Shown here: one piece after another, positions 1 to 9,622 of the stretch
Numbering within the stretch: the stretch's first letter is position 1
How the letters are laid out: each line of letters starts with the position of its first letter
Source: Flavobacteriales bacterium
GTDB lineage: Bacteria; Bacteroidota; Bacteroidia; Flavobacteriales_D; Sanyastnellaceae
Direction of reading: 5' to 3'
Assembly: GCA_022447625.1 (NCBI GenBank)
Contig: JAKVAX010000016.1
Span: 20,766-84,765 of the forward strand
Length of the DNA stretch: 64,000 nt
Made by a program: the position numbers and the translations under genes
The notes under the pieces: model-generated
What the model saw: only the letters and a program-made list of their open reading frames with translations
Database searches by the model: none
What the model was told of the DNA's origin: nothing

Positions 1-305
1 GGTCTCGTTTCATCGAGAGGGATGAAAGGTTGGGCAAAAGCAAAGACAAGGAAAAGGATTGCCAACAAGCGCGAAGTAAGAATCAAGAGGTGTTTGAGTC
101 GTGAACGCGACTTGGTCTCCTGTTGAACTTCTTTAAGGAATGCGACGTTAGAAAATTCAACACGTTTGAATCTCCGAAAATTGAAGAGATGGACGATCAC
201 TGGAACGGCCAGTGCGATGAGTGCCCAGAGTATTTCCGGATGTGCGAATTTCATTAAACGTCAAAGTTAGCGCATTTTTGTTTCCTGCAAGCGACCAAAA
301 TAGAA

Positions 306-1106
306 GTGAAACGTCTTTTAACAACAAGTTTTCCAACGAAACGTGAAGAGCTCGGAGGTTGGCTCGATGCACAATGGCTGAAGTATGAATCACCAGAGTT
401 CATCGATTCAGATCCCATTCAGATTCCGCAGTCCTTTACTAAAAAGGAAGACCAAGAGATCAGCGGCTTCCTGGCTGCTACCATCGCTTGGGGGCAACGT
501 AAGACCATCATCAACAACGCGCACAGCATCGTGGAGCGTATGGATCAAGCTCCCCACGACTTCATTTTGAGCGCCGAAGATCAAGACATGAAGCGCCTTG
601 AAGGCTTCGTTCATCGCACCTTTAATGATACTGATCTGCTCTTCTTTGTCGCTTCGCTCCGAAACATCTACCGTCATCACGGAGGCTTGGAAACTGTCTT
701 TGCCCATGCCATTACTTCCAAGGGTCAGATGGGTCTCGCTATCGCGGAATTCAAAAAGGTATTCTTCTCCATTGAGCACCCGGGCCGAACTACCAAACAC
801 GTAGCTGACCCCACCAGAGGCTCAAGCGCTAAACGCATCAACATGTACCTCCGCTGGATGGTTCGCTCCAAAGAAAAGGGAGTTGACCTCGGCATCTGGA
901 ATCAAATTTCGCCATCCCAGTTATACGTTCCACTAGACGTCCACACAGGAAACGTCGCCAGAGAACTTGGCCTCCTCACCCGCAAACAAAACGACTGGAA
1001 AGCCGTCGAAGAGCTCATGGAAGTACTGCGCTCGTTTGACGCAGAAGACCCGGTGAAGTATGATTTCGCCTTATTCGGAACTGGGGTCTTTGACCGTAAG
1101 CCGTAG
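306..1106 (+). CDS. Conserved hypothetical protein, TIGR02757/DUF2400-like (assignment tentative)
   Basis: 266-aa ORF with GTG start and no internal stops. The family assignment is from memory of the Bacteroidota TIGR02757 family only; it is followed by a 10-bp perfect inverted repeat. Confidence 0.5.
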   Translation: MKRLLTTSFPTKREELGGWLDAQWLKYESPEFIDSDPIQIPQSFTKKEDQEISGFLAATIAWGQRKTIINNAHSIVERMDQAPHDFILSAEDQDMKRLEGFVHRTFNDTDLLFFVASLRNIYRHHGGLETVFAHAITSKGQMGLAIAEFKKVFFSIEHPGRTTKHVADPTRGSSAKRINMYLRWMVRSKEKGVDLGIWNQISPSQLYVPLDVHTGNVARELGLLTRKQNDWKAVEELMEVLRSFDAEDPVKYDFALFGTGVFDRKP

Positions 1107-1150
1107 GCAGTATGCCGTAAGCTGTCTACTGCCTACTGCCTACTGCATAC
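1103..1150. terminator. Stem-loop (10-bp perfect stem gtaggcagta/tactgcctac, 14-nt loop) followed by tgcctac heptamer repeats; no U-run
   Basis: Read directly from the sequence immediately 3' of the 306..1106 ORF. It lacks a T-tract, so it is atypical for an intrinsic terminator. Confidence 0.35.
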
Positions 1151-1211
1151 GGGAATGTAACCTTTCCGCGCCCCGTGTATCCTTATTTTCGAAACTGTAA
1201 AATCCTGGAAA

Positions 1212-2183
1212 ATGAAACTGAAGCATCGCGCTGTTGCCTTGGCGCTACCTGCCATTCTTTTGCTATCGAGTTGGATGACCTTGGACTTCAAGAAGAATCC
1301 TGGCTTCCCGAAACACTTTGATGATCACTTTGCGGCCGTCCCTGGGATGGCTTATACGATGGTCACGGATTGTGATACCTGCACCCATAACCGGACGGTC
1401 ATGGTGGAAGGATTCTATTGCGCCACGACCGAGGTGAGTAACTTCATGTACCGTGAGTTTGTGAACGATTTGAAAAAGAACGGAGAGACTGAGAAGTTGG
1501 CGCTCGCGCAAGTCGATTCAACCCAGTGGATGGTGGCTTCCAGCTACTGCGAACCTCTGAAAGATTTGTATTTCTTTCATCCGGCGTACTATGAGTACCC
1601 GGTGGTTAATGTTTCGCATGAGGGAGCGTTGCTGTACTGCGCTTGGCTACAAGATTCACTCAATGCTTTCGCGGATGGAGAAGTGAAGTATACCGTGACT
1701 TTACCAACAAGAGATGAGTGGGTGGCTGCAGCGAAAGGTGGTCACGAATTCGCCACTTACGCTTGGGGAGGCCCATACCTACGCAATACTAAAGGATGTT
1801 TCCTAGCTAACTTCAGATACCTAGGTGCTGGAAACATTCACTACAACTCCGAAACGGAGGAATATGAAGTGATGACAACTGTTCCCGGACCATTTCTCGG
1901 TCATCCAGGAGCAACCTTAGGAGGAGGGAGAAAGAACCAAGATTGCTTTAGCGGCGTTTTTGAGTTTACCTCACCAGTTCGTTCATACGTTCAGAACGAT
2001 TTCGGTCTGTATAACATGAATGGAAACGTCGCCGAAATGGTGGCCGAAGAAGGCATCGCCTGCGGTGGCGGATGGAAATCTACCGGCTACGACGTCCGCT
2101 GCGAAAGCACCATGCTTAATGATGGACCACAACCGGATGTTGGGTTTAGGCCCATTATAAGGGTGGAACAATTGACGAAATAG
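1212..2183 (+). CDS. Formylglycine-generating-enzyme (SUMF1/EgtB/PvdO, FGE-sulfatase) family protein with signal peptide
   Basis: The N-terminal hydrophobic stretch MKLKHRAVALALPAILLLSS is a signal peptide. Motifs YGLYNMNGNVAEMV and GFRP at the C-terminus are typical of the FGE-sulfatase domain (also seen in GldJ/GldK-like proteins). Confidence 0.7.
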   Translation: MKLKHRAVALALPAILLLSSWMTLDFKKNPGFPKHFDDHFAAVPGMAYTMVTDCDTCTHNRTVMVEGFYCATTEVSNFMYREFVNDLKKNGETEKLALAQVDSTQWMVASSYCEPLKDLYFFHPAYYEYPVVNVSHEGALLYCAWLQDSLNAFADGEVKYTVTLPTRDEWVAAAKGGHEFATYAWGGPYLRNTKGCFLANFRYLGAGNIHYNSETEEYEVMTTVPGPFLGHPGATLGGGRKNQDCFSGVFEFTSPVRSYVQNDFGLYNMNGNVAEMVAEEGIACGGGWKSTGYDVRCESTMLNDGPQPDVGFRPIIRVEQLTK

Positions 2184-2208
2184 ATGGGGTAGTGGCGTAA
2201 CCGCGGCC

Positions 2209-3441
2209 CTATTTAAAGTTCTCCATTGTGATGGATGGAGTTGTTTCAGAAACCAACTCAGAAACCAGCTTGCCACTTGCCGGGGCTAAGCTTAAGCCCA
2301 TCATTCCATGCCCTGTGCAGATGGTCAAATTCTGTAGTTTGTCGTCTTTCTTAATCATCGGCATCCCTGTGGGTGTGCACGGACGAAAGCCGCTCCAAAC
2401 CTGTTCAAGAGGAGGGGAGTCTACTTCTAATTGAGGGTAGAACGAACGAATGGTGTCAACGATGCCTTTGACCCGCTTCGGGTTGATGGTGTCGTTCTTC
2501 ACTTGAGTGATTTCCAATGTTCCGCCAAAGCGAACCGATGATTCAAAAGGCGAAACGGCTACTTTTCCCTCACAAAGGATCGAAGGAATCGATGGCGTTC
2601 CCGGATGACTTGGGATGTCAAAGCTGTAGCCTTTACCGGGCAAGAGTTGAATGTTGACATCGAATTTCTTGGCAATGATCGGACTCCAAGAGCCGGCACA
2701 AATAACAACTTCATCCGCCACAAAACTGCCCTTCGTTGTGTGGATTTCAGAAACCGAGTTACCCTTGCGGGTGACATCCGTGAACTCAGCCTTACCAACC
2801 AGTTGAACCTTCCGTTGCTTCAGTTCTTCTTTTAAGAAATTCATGAAGCCCCCCGGATTGATATGGGCATCTGATCGGTAATGTACGCCGCCAATGGCGT
2901 TGACCTCGGCCCCTATTTCGAGTGCAGCTAGATCATTCTTTTCCAGGATATCTACTTCAAGACCCAGTTCCTGGGCCATATGCCCTGCTTCAATTTCTTC
3001 ATCGCCAACCTTGTTTGATTGAAACAACATCAGCAACCCTTTTTCATGCAATGTCAAGTCAGGACATTCTTCCACCAATTCTCTATAGAGGGATTTGCTC
3101 AGAAGGGAGATATCTAAAAGTGAACCTTTGACCTTGTCAACGTGACGTTGAGAAGCCGAACGAAAGAAGGAAAGACCCCACCTAAAGAGTTCACTGTTCA
3201 ATCGCGGTTCAACATAGAACGGACTCTCGCTATTAAACATCCATCGCACCCCTTTGGCGATCATTCCAGGTTGTGCTAAGGGGATAAAGTGTGAGGGCAC
3301 AATCATTCCCGCATTTCCATAGGAGCATCCTTGATCGAAATCAGAACGATCAAGAACAGTCACCTCATGTCCTTCTTTCGAAAGATAGTAGGCTGAACAC
3401 AGTCCGATGATTCCTCCTCCTATGATGATGCACTTTTTCAT
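2209..3441 (-). CDS. FAD-dependent oxidoreductase, DadA-like; probable D-hydroxyproline dehydrogenase of the hydroxyproline operon
   Basis: N-terminal Rossmann motif IIGGGIIGLCSAYYL. It has a 4-bp overlap with the upstream proline-racemase-family gene and sits last in the hyp operon. Confidence 0.75.
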   Translation of the reverse strand: MKKCIIIGGGIIGLCSAYYLSKEGHEVTVLDRSDFDQGCSYGNAGMIVPSHFIPLAQPGMIAKGVRWMFNSESPFYVEPRLNSELFRWGLSFFRSASQRHVDKVKGSLLDISLLSKSLYRELVEECPDLTLHEKGLLMLFQSNKVGDEEIEAGHMAQELGLEVDILEKNDLAALEIGAEVNAIGGVHYRSDAHINPGGFMNFLKEELKQRKVQLVGKAEFTDVTRKGNSVSEIHTTKGSFVADEVVICAGSWSPIIAKKFDVNIQLLPGKGYSFDIPSHPGTPSIPSILCEGKVAVSPFESSVRFGGTLEITQVKNDTINPKRVKGIVDTIRSFYPQLEVDSPPLEQVWSGFRPCTPTGMPMIKKDDKLQNLTICTGHGMMGLSLAPASGKLVSELVSETTPSITMENFK

Positions 3442-4439
3442 ATCACCTGAAATCCAAATGCATAAGGATCTTCATCATCGATAATGATCGTGTTGTACCC
3501 CGTAGTTCTTGCCCACCCTTCAATACTCGGCACGATGGCTTGTCGGTCACCGAGGGTGGTTTCTTCTTCTATGCGTCCAACGAATTTGGACCCAATGATG
3601 CTCTCATGTATGAAGGTGTCGCCTCTTTTTAGTTTCCCCTTTGCATTCCATTGAGCCATACGTGCTGAAGTACCCGTTCCGCACGGAGAACGGTCAATGG
3701 CCTTGTCGCCATAGAAGACCGCATTTCTAGCGGTAGAGTTTGAGTCGAGTGGCGTTCCTGTCCATAACAAGTGACTTAAACCATTGATGGATTCATCTTG
3801 TGGGTGGACAAAAGTGAAGCGCGCATTCAAGTCTTTTCGAATTTCTCGACTCCAGGAAATCAGTTGGTCAGCACTGTGATCTTCCAATCCTTTGTAGTTC
3901 GCTTGTGGGTCTACGATGGCATAGAAGTTTCCGCCGTAGGCGACATCAACGGTAATCATACCTAACTCAGGACAGTCGACTTCAAGAGCGCTTGAATGAA
4001 GAAATGATTTCACATTGGTCAACTTCACCGAAGTGACGCGATCTTTTTCTTGGGTATAGGAAACGCGCACAAGTCCTGCAGGAGTTTCTAGATTGAGCTT
4101 GCCTGGAATCTTTGGCGTGACCAATCCCTCTTGAATCATCATCGTTACGGTTCCGATGGTACCATGTCCGCACATGGGAAGACACCCACTGGTTTCGATG
4201 TAGAGTACACCCACATCGTTACTTGGGTCAGCGGGAGGGTAGAGAATGCTTCCGCTCATCATGTCATGACCACGAGGTTCAAACATGAGGCCTTTGCGAA
4301 TCCAGTCATATTCGGCTAGAAAGTGCTGGCGCTTCTCACTCATGGTGTTGCCAACCAATGAGGGGCCTCCAGATTTTACCAGGCGAACAGGATTTCCGCA
4401 GGTATGTCCATCAATGCATTCGAATTTACCCTTGATCAT
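3438..4439 (-). CDS. 4-hydroxyproline 2-epimerase (proline racemase superfamily, Cys/Cys catalytic pair)
   Basis: Motifs PMCGHGTIG and DRSPCGTGTSARMA both carry the catalytic Cys, which is the pattern of racemase/epimerase members rather than t3LHyp dehydratase. Placement in the operon agrees. Confidence 0.75.
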   Translation of the reverse strand: MIKGKFECIDGHTCGNPVRLVKSGGPSLVGNTMSEKRQHFLAEYDWIRKGLMFEPRGHDMMSGSILYPPADPSNDVGVLYIETSGCLPMCGHGTIGTVTMMIQEGLVTPKIPGKLNLETPAGLVRVSYTQEKDRVTSVKLTNVKSFLHSSALEVDCPELGMITVDVAYGGNFYAIVDPQANYKGLEDHSADQLISWSREIRKDLNARFTFVHPQDESINGLSHLLWTGTPLDSNSTARNAVFYGDKAIDRSPCGTGTSARMAQWNAKGKLKRGDTFIHESIIGSKFVGRIEEETTLGDRQAIVPSIEGWARTTGYNTIIIDDEDPYAFGFQVI

Positions 4440-5946
4440 CTCTCAACTCATTTGGTAAGAAGTCAGAAGGGAAATTCTGATAGGTTAATGGTCTGATCCA
4501 ACGCTGAGCTGCATCAAGACCCACTGAAGTGAAATGGGCATTTGAAGTAGAAGGGAAAGGACCTCCATGGTGCATGGAAGCACAAACTTCAACGCCGGTT
4601 GGAACACTATTGAATAGAATGCGGCCTACCTTCTGGCTTAGCTCGTCTACCACATCTTCCATGCCTTTCATCTCATCTCCTTCGGCAATGATGGTACCTG
4701 TGAGTTGACCTTCAAGTGAGCGGATGACATCCAGACGCTCTCCTTCGTTTTCGCATTCAACGATCAACGAGAAGGGACCAAATACCTCATGATGCAATTG
4801 CGGGTTAGCAATGAACGCAGCGCCATCAACTTTCGCTAGAGCTTGACCGCCTTCGCTATTATCAACGAGTGCATGAACTCCTGCCGATTGGCAGACCGCA
4901 GATTTGTTCGATTCGTAGGCAGTTTGAATTCCTTGTGAGAGCATAACTGCAGAAGGGAGGGCACCAAGCTTATCAGCCAGTGAAGAAGAGAAGTTATCGA
5001 GATCTTGACCTTTCAAACCGATGATCAATCCGGGGTTTGTACAGAACTGGCCGACTCCCAGATTAATGGAGTTGGCTAGTTGCTCCGCCCACTGGTCTCC
5101 TTTATGGGCGACAGCGTTGGCGCCTAGAATTACCGGGTTAATACTTCCCATTTCCGCGAACACCGGTATCGGAGTCTTTCGGTCATTCGCCAGTTTCATT
5201 AGGGCAGTTCCACCTTGCGTACTGCCTGTAAATCCAACGGCCTTGATGCCTTCGTGCTTCACGAGCAAACCTCCAACTTCATGGCTTACACTGTTTAGGT
5301 GGCTGAAGACGCCGTCAGGCATATTGCAAGCAGTCGCTGCTTTGATGATGGCAGAGGCTACGAGCTCACCAACACCGGCATGGGCTGGGTGACTCTTGAC
5401 TACTACTGGACACCCAGCAGCAAGCGCACTTGCCGTATCACCTCCGGCCGTAGAAAACGCCAAAGGGAAATTACTAGCTCCGAAAACGGCCACAGGACCT
5501 ACTGGAATATATGTCTTGCGAATGTCTGCTTTCGGAAGCGGTGTTCGATCTGGTTCAGCTTGATCTATAGAAGTGTGTTTCCATGATCCATTGCGAAGCA
5601 TGGTTGCGAAAGCTTTTAGCTGACCTACCGTACGACCACGTTCACCCACGGCTCTACCTTGAGGCAATCCGCTCTCTTGTTGGTAGACCTCAATGAGTTC
5701 ATCACCCAGTGCTAAGATTTCTTCCGCGATTTGCTCAAGAAAAGCTGCACGTTCGGCGTCAGATGTTCTACGGTAGGTTCGAAAGGCTTGTGTGGCTCTA
5801 TCAATAGCTGCATTCACCTCTTTCTCTGAGGCTTCGAAGAAGCTCCAAGAGGTTTCTTCGTTGGTAGAAGGATTGATCGAGTGGAAGGTTTTGCTGCCAG
5901 TGGCTGATAGCGTGCTTCCGATGTAGTTCTTTCCTGTAATGCTCAT
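4426..5946 (-). CDS. Aldehyde dehydrogenase family; probable alpha-ketoglutarate semialdehyde dehydrogenase
   Basis: ALDH catalytic Cys motif GQFCTNPG, Glu motif FAEMGS and Rossmann motif GFTGSTQGG. It lies between the DHDPS-like and epimerase genes. Confidence 0.75.
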   Translation of the reverse strand: MSITGKNYIGSTLSATGSKTFHSINPSTNEETSWSFFEASEKEVNAAIDRATQAFRTYRRTSDAERAAFLEQIAEEILALGDELIEVYQQESGLPQGRAVGERGRTVGQLKAFATMLRNGSWKHTSIDQAEPDRTPLPKADIRKTYIPVGPVAVFGASNFPLAFSTAGGDTASALAAGCPVVVKSHPAHAGVGELVASAIIKAATACNMPDGVFSHLNSVSHEVGGLLVKHEGIKAVGFTGSTQGGTALMKLANDRKTPIPVFAEMGSINPVILGANAVAHKGDQWAEQLANSINLGVGQFCTNPGLIIGLKGQDLDNFSSSLADKLGALPSAVMLSQGIQTAYESNKSAVCQSAGVHALVDNSEGGQALAKVDGAAFIANPQLHHEVFGPFSLIVECENEGERLDVIRSLEGQLTGTIIAEGDEMKGMEDVVDELSQKVGRILFNSVPTGVEVCASMHHGGPFPSTSNAHFTSVGLDAAQRWIRPLTYQNFPSDFLPNELRDDQG

Positions 5947-6860
5947 GCGTTCAATTTCTCTTTTTCGGCAACCAGTGATGGACGATTCTTCATCGCAGTG
6001 TTTATGATGTCTAGTACCTGTGCACGTTCCTCGCCAACCAACGGAAGACGTGGTGCACGAACTGTTTCAGTTCCAATGCCGGTAGCGACTTCTGCAAGTT
6101 TGATGTTTTGCACCAACTTGGAATTGATGTCGAGCTCCAGAAGTGGCATGAACCAGCGGTATAACGCAACAGCTTCGTCTACGAAACCTGCCTTTGCCAG
6201 ACGGAAGATAGTGACCGTTTCTTCAGGGTAGGCGCAAACCAATCCAGCTACCCATCCGTCAGCTCCCATGAGTAAGCTCTCTAATGCGAGTGTATCGACA
6301 CCGCACAAAATTTTCAATCGATCATCAAACGCATTTTTGATGCGTGTGACGTTCGAAAGGTCACGTGTGCTTTCTTTCACCGCTTGAATGTTCTCGTTCT
6401 TCAATAGCTGATCGAACATCTCTAGCGTCACTTCTATTCCATAGTCAACAGGGTTGTTGTACACCATGATTGGAAGGTCTGTTGACCTGGCAACCGCTTC
6501 GAAATAAGTGACCGTTTCACGCGCATCTGCTTTATAGCGCATGGGAGGTAGCATCATTAGTCCCTTTGCACCATCTTCTTGTGCTCTTTGGGCAGCAAGA
6601 ATGGCTGCCTTGGTTGTTTGTTCCGCCACATTGATGACCACGGGTACACGTCCATCAGCAATTTCAACAGCGCTTCTGACAAGCACGCGCTTTTCTTCAT
6701 CCAACAAAGTACTTGCTTCACCGAGGGTTCCTCCGAGGATGATTCCGTCTACACCAGCGGCCATTTGTGCCTCTAGGTTGGTACGAAACATCACCAAGTC
6801 TAGCTCATCTTGTGCTGTGAACTTGGTCGTAACCGCGGGCATGACTCCTTTCCAATTCAT
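5943..6860 (-). CDS. DapA/DHDPS-family protein; probable 1-pyrroline-4-hydroxy-2-carboxylate deaminase
   Basis: DHDPS/NAL-family TIM-barrel signature (GGTLGE... region). It is the first gene of the operon and overlaps the ALDH gene by 4 bp. Confidence 0.7.
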   Translation of the reverse strand: MNWKGVMPAVTTKFTAQDELDLVMFRTNLEAQMAAGVDGIILGGTLGEASTLLDEEKRVLVRSAVEIADGRVPVVINVAEQTTKAAILAAQRAQEDGAKGLMMLPPMRYKADARETVTYFEAVARSTDLPIMVYNNPVDYGIEVTLEMFDQLLKNENIQAVKESTRDLSNVTRIKNAFDDRLKILCGVDTLALESLLMGADGWVAGLVCAYPEETVTIFRLAKAGFVDEAVALYRWFMPLLELDINSKLVQNIKLAEVATGIGTETVRAPRLPLVGEERAQVLDIINTAMKNRPSLVAEKEKLNA

Positions 6861-6882
6861 AGTTCGAGGTTTTAACTGTTCT

Positions 6883-6890
6883 CAAAGCTA
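6883..6890 (-). promoter_or_regulatory. Candidate Bacteroidota -7 promoter element TAGCTTTG (TAnnTTTG) for the hydroxyproline operon
   Basis: The motif on the minus strand lies 22 nt upstream of the 6860 start codon. No matching -33 TTTG was found. Confidence 0.3.
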
Positions 6891-6991
6891 GGAGCTAAGT
6901 GCAGATTTTTTGGATGATTCCTTAACCTATTATGATAGTATATTAACATCATTATTCGCTGATTTGGTAATTCAGTGGTAAAATAAGAGCG

Positions 6992-6999
6992 TATCTTTG
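6992..6999 (+). promoter_or_regulatory. Candidate -7 promoter element TATCTTTG for the AraC regulator gene (would give a near-leaderless transcript)
   Basis: A TAnnTTTG motif 7 nt upstream of the ATG at 7007. Confidence 0.25.
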
Positions 7000-7006
7000 A
7001 GCTGCG

Positions 7007-7867
7007 ATGAAGGTTTTACCATTTAAAATACCGAAGACAGGCAATGCCCTTTTTCAATACCAAGAGGATGTTGGGGATTCCTTCTACGATAAATTCCACG
7101 CCCACGAAGAGATTCAGATATCCTTTGTAGAACAGGGAAGTGGTGAGCTCATTGTAGGAGATGCGATTACCACCTTTGAACCTGGAGATGTCTTTGTCAT
7201 AGGTTCGAATGTTCCGCACTTATTGAGGAGCGATTTGTCTGCCGGTGCTTCCTTCATGCGATCACTATTCTTTACAGAACCGGCCATTCGATCAATCGTA
7301 GGTGATCAAGATAAGTTGAATGAAGCCGAGCAATTCTTCAACCAGATCAACCGAGGGATTCGCATTCAATCGAACTTGCGGTTGATCACTTCGAACCTTC
7401 AGAAGATCTATGCAGAACAGGAGCTTCTTCAGATGGTTAGCTTTTTCGAAACCTTGCATGCCTTAGTTACGGCTGAGTCTGAGCCTATCTCTTCATTCAC
7501 CATGCGCAATGATTTATCAGAAACGGGGGGGATTCGCTTGAGCAAGGTATTTGATCTGTTGACTTCGGAATACCATCGCGAGATTTCGTTGAATGAGGTC
7601 GCAGAGGTTGCCAATCTTACTCCAAATGCCTTCTGTCGGTATTTCAAGCAGCACACGAACAAGACCTTTTTTGAATTTCTAGTGGAGGTAAGGTTAGCTA
7701 ATGCTTGCAAGCTGTTGGTGAAACACAACGACATGTCAATAGCTGAAGTTCGTGACCTGAGTGGCTTCAGAAACAGCTCACATTTCAACAAGAAATTTAA
7801 AGCCTACAAAGGAGTTTCCCCCGTGCAGTACAGACAAGCAATGGGAGGTCATGAACGGGCGATTTAA
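7007..7867 (+). CDS. AraC-family transcriptional regulator (N-terminal cupin, C-terminal HTH), divergent from the hyp operon
   Basis: The C-terminal segment LANACKLL...MSIAEVRDLSGFRNSSHFNKKFKAYKGVSPVQYR is a typical AraC HTH; the N-terminal region is a cupin-like sensor domain. Confidence 0.85.
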   Translation: MKVLPFKIPKTGNALFQYQEDVGDSFYDKFHAHEEIQISFVEQGSGELIVGDAITTFEPGDVFVIGSNVPHLLRSDLSAGASFMRSLFFTEPAIRSIVGDQDKLNEAEQFFNQINRGIRIQSNLRLITSNLQKIYAEQELLQMVSFFETLHALVTAESEPISSFTMRNDLSETGGIRLSKVFDLLTSEYHREISLNEVAEVANLTPNAFCRYFKQHTNKTFFEFLVEVRLANACKLLVKHNDMSIAEVRDLSGFRNSSHFNKKFKAYKGVSPVQYRQAMGGHERAI

Positions 7868-7905
7868 CTTTTCGATTCTCGTTTTTACTCTCTAGTTTTC
7901 GCTTT

Positions 7906-8565
7906 GTGAAACGAAAGATCATCACAACAGCAGATGGTTCCCAGACCTTGGAAGTGGAAGAGCTAGAAGAAACCTACCATTCTCGACATGGAGCACGGCA
8001 AGAATCTGAGCATGTCTTCATTCAAATGGGGCTGGTTCCTGCGTTAGTCGAAAAGAAAGAGCTCACCATATTAGAAGTAGGATTTGGAACGGGGTTAAAC
8101 GCTATTCTGTCGTGGAAAACAGCGAAGCAAGCTGGGGCTAAGATTCACTATATCGGATTGGAAGCATTTCCAGTGACCTTTGATGAGGTGGCTCCTTTGG
8201 GCTATGCTGAGGGTGGTGAGGAAGCGGCCTTCTTTCAAAAACTCCATGAGGCTTCTTGGGAAGAGGAGGTCGTTATCGATGAACATTTTTCTATCACCAA
8301 GCACGAAGTGAAGCTCGAAGACGCCACACTTGAACAAGGGGTGGTCGATGTCGTTTACTATGATGCTTTTGGTCCGAGAGCGCAGCCTGAAATGTGGCGT
8401 CTGCCTTTGTTTGAGCAATTGTTTGAAGCGACAAATGAAGGTGGAATATTTGTGACCTACTGTGCGAAAGGACAAGTACGCAGAGACTTGGCAAGCGCTG
8501 GTTACGACATGGAGCGTATCGAAGGACCTCCAGGAAAAAGACACATGCTACGAGGAAGAAAATGA
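7906..8565 (+). CDS. mnmD: tRNA 5-methylaminomethyl-2-thiouridine methyltransferase, stand-alone MnmD (MnmC methyltransferase domain)
   Basis: Aligns along its length with the E. coli MnmC N-terminal methyltransferase domain: EVGFGTGLNAI vs ESGFGTGLNFL, and YYDAFGPRAQPEMW...VTYCAKGQVRRDLASAGY vs WFLDGFAPAKNPDMW...TFTSAGFVRRGLQEAGF. Confidence 0.8.
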   Translation: MKRKIITTADGSQTLEVEELEETYHSRHGARQESEHVFIQMGLVPALVEKKELTILEVGFGTGLNAILSWKTAKQAGAKIHYIGLEAFPVTFDEVAPLGYAEGGEEAAFFQKLHEASWEEEVVIDEHFSITKHEVKLEDATLEQGVVDVVYYDAFGPRAQPEMWRLPLFEQLFEATNEGGIFVTYCAKGQVRRDLASAGYDMERIEGPPGKRHMLRGRK

Positions 8566-9008
8566 AGATCGATCGATTTAATGTCCGTGTTTACTTTTTG
8601 ATTGTTGAGGAGGATCAAATCTTACTCTCTGATGAAATTCTAGGAGGAAAGAATTCTACGAAGTTTCCGGGTGGCGGACTTGAATATGGTGAAGGCCTGA
8701 TTGAAGCAGCCCAGCGTGAAGCTCTGGAGGAGCTGGGGCAGGAGATCGAAGTTCTCGAGCATTTCTACACCACCGACTTCTTTATTGCCAGTCGATTTCG
8801 CCCAACCGATCAAATCATTAGCGTCTATTACTTTGCCAAATTAAGAGACGAAGTCTCATTCCGCCTAGCGCGAAAAAAGTACGATTGGCAACGTCATGAA
8901 GAACGTGAGGAGAGTTTCAGATGGCAAGCGATCAACACCTTGACACCGGATGATATGACGTTTGAGACTGACGCTGAAGTGGTGCGTCGCCTTCGAGATA
9001 TTTCTTAG
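8562..9008 (+). CDS. NUDIX hydrolase
   Basis: Nudix box GGGLEYGEGLIEAAQREALEELG (Gx5Ex7REUxEExGU). It overlaps mnmD by 4 bp. Confidence 0.8.
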   Translation: MKIDRFNVRVYFLIVEEDQILLSDEILGGKNSTKFPGGGLEYGEGLIEAAQREALEELGQEIEVLEHFYTTDFFIASRFRPTDQIISVYYFAKLRDEVSFRLARKKYDWQRHEEREESFRWQAINTLTPDDMTFETDAEVVRRLRDIS

Positions 9009-9622
9009 AGCACAGGCCCTAAACGCTTCATTACTTGATCATCCACTTGGCTGAATAACTGCATTGGCGTTTGTGTGCGCCATTTGAGATCATTCAGTTT
9101 TCCACCCAGAACGAAGTACGAATCGACGTTGGCTTCTTGGAAATCCTCTAAGACATGATCACGGAAATTCAGCAAGGCGATCCAACCATCTTGGTCTTCC
9201 ACTTCTTCGAACCACTCTTCATAGTACAAGTCATCTGAGGGGTGAAAATTCAAGACATTTTCTCCAAGGATAATGAACTTCGAAATGCCCGAGTCCATCA
9301 TGCCTTCAATCAGATTGCGCTTCAACAACATGATGTCGTTGTACAAACAATCATTCCATTCTCCGATCATTTCAATGATCGCATAACCTTCGCTGTATTC
9401 AGCAAAGATGACCTTTAGAAACAAGGTCTGCGACCCAAAACTATCCCACTGCGGGTGGATGTAATGGTCGTAGATTTTGTCTGAATAATACAATTCGCTG
9501 TACTCCTTCTGAAAGAAAGGAGAGCCAGAATCCTCGCTTGAAATGTAGAGGTTCCGCCAATTGTAATATGGTTCGATGTTATGCACCTTACTCTTTGCCT
9601 TTTTCGATGGCAGCGCGAACAC
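9005..9622 (-). CDS. Hypothetical protein (acidic, no recognised domain)
   Basis: 205-aa ORF with coding-like composition and no motif recognised. The start may be internal because the 3' end of murQ overlaps it by 35 nt. Confidence 0.45.
   Translation of the reverse strand: MFALPSKKAKSKVHNIEPYYNWRNLYISSEDSGSPFFQKEYSELYYSDKIYDHYIHPQWDSFGSQTLFLKVIFAEYSEGYAIIEMIGEWNDCLYNDIMLLKRNLIEGMMDSGISKFIILGENVLNFHPSDDLYYEEWFEEVEDQDGWIALLNFRDHVLEDFQEANVDSYFVLGGKLNDLKWRTQTPMQLFSQVDDQVMKRLGPVL

Noticed and set aside
104-258. Short plus-strand open frame ending ...MDDHWNGQCDECPEYFRMCEFH* near the window start
   Set aside because: It is bounded by a TGA at 101-103 and the only ATG gives 22 aa. That is too short, and unsupported despite the Cys pattern.
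157-393. 78-aa minus-strand ORF overlapping the start of the 306..1106 gene
   Set aside because: It is antisense to and overlapping a better-supported gene. The composition is Arg/Ser-rich and not protein-like, with no motif.
8095-8544. 149-aa minus-strand ORF inside mnmD (and similar antisense ORFs inside the GH2, BNR, giant ATPase, PPC and amylase genes)
   Set aside because: They lie fully within strongly supported genes on the opposite strand and have no motifs. They are typical shadow ORFs.
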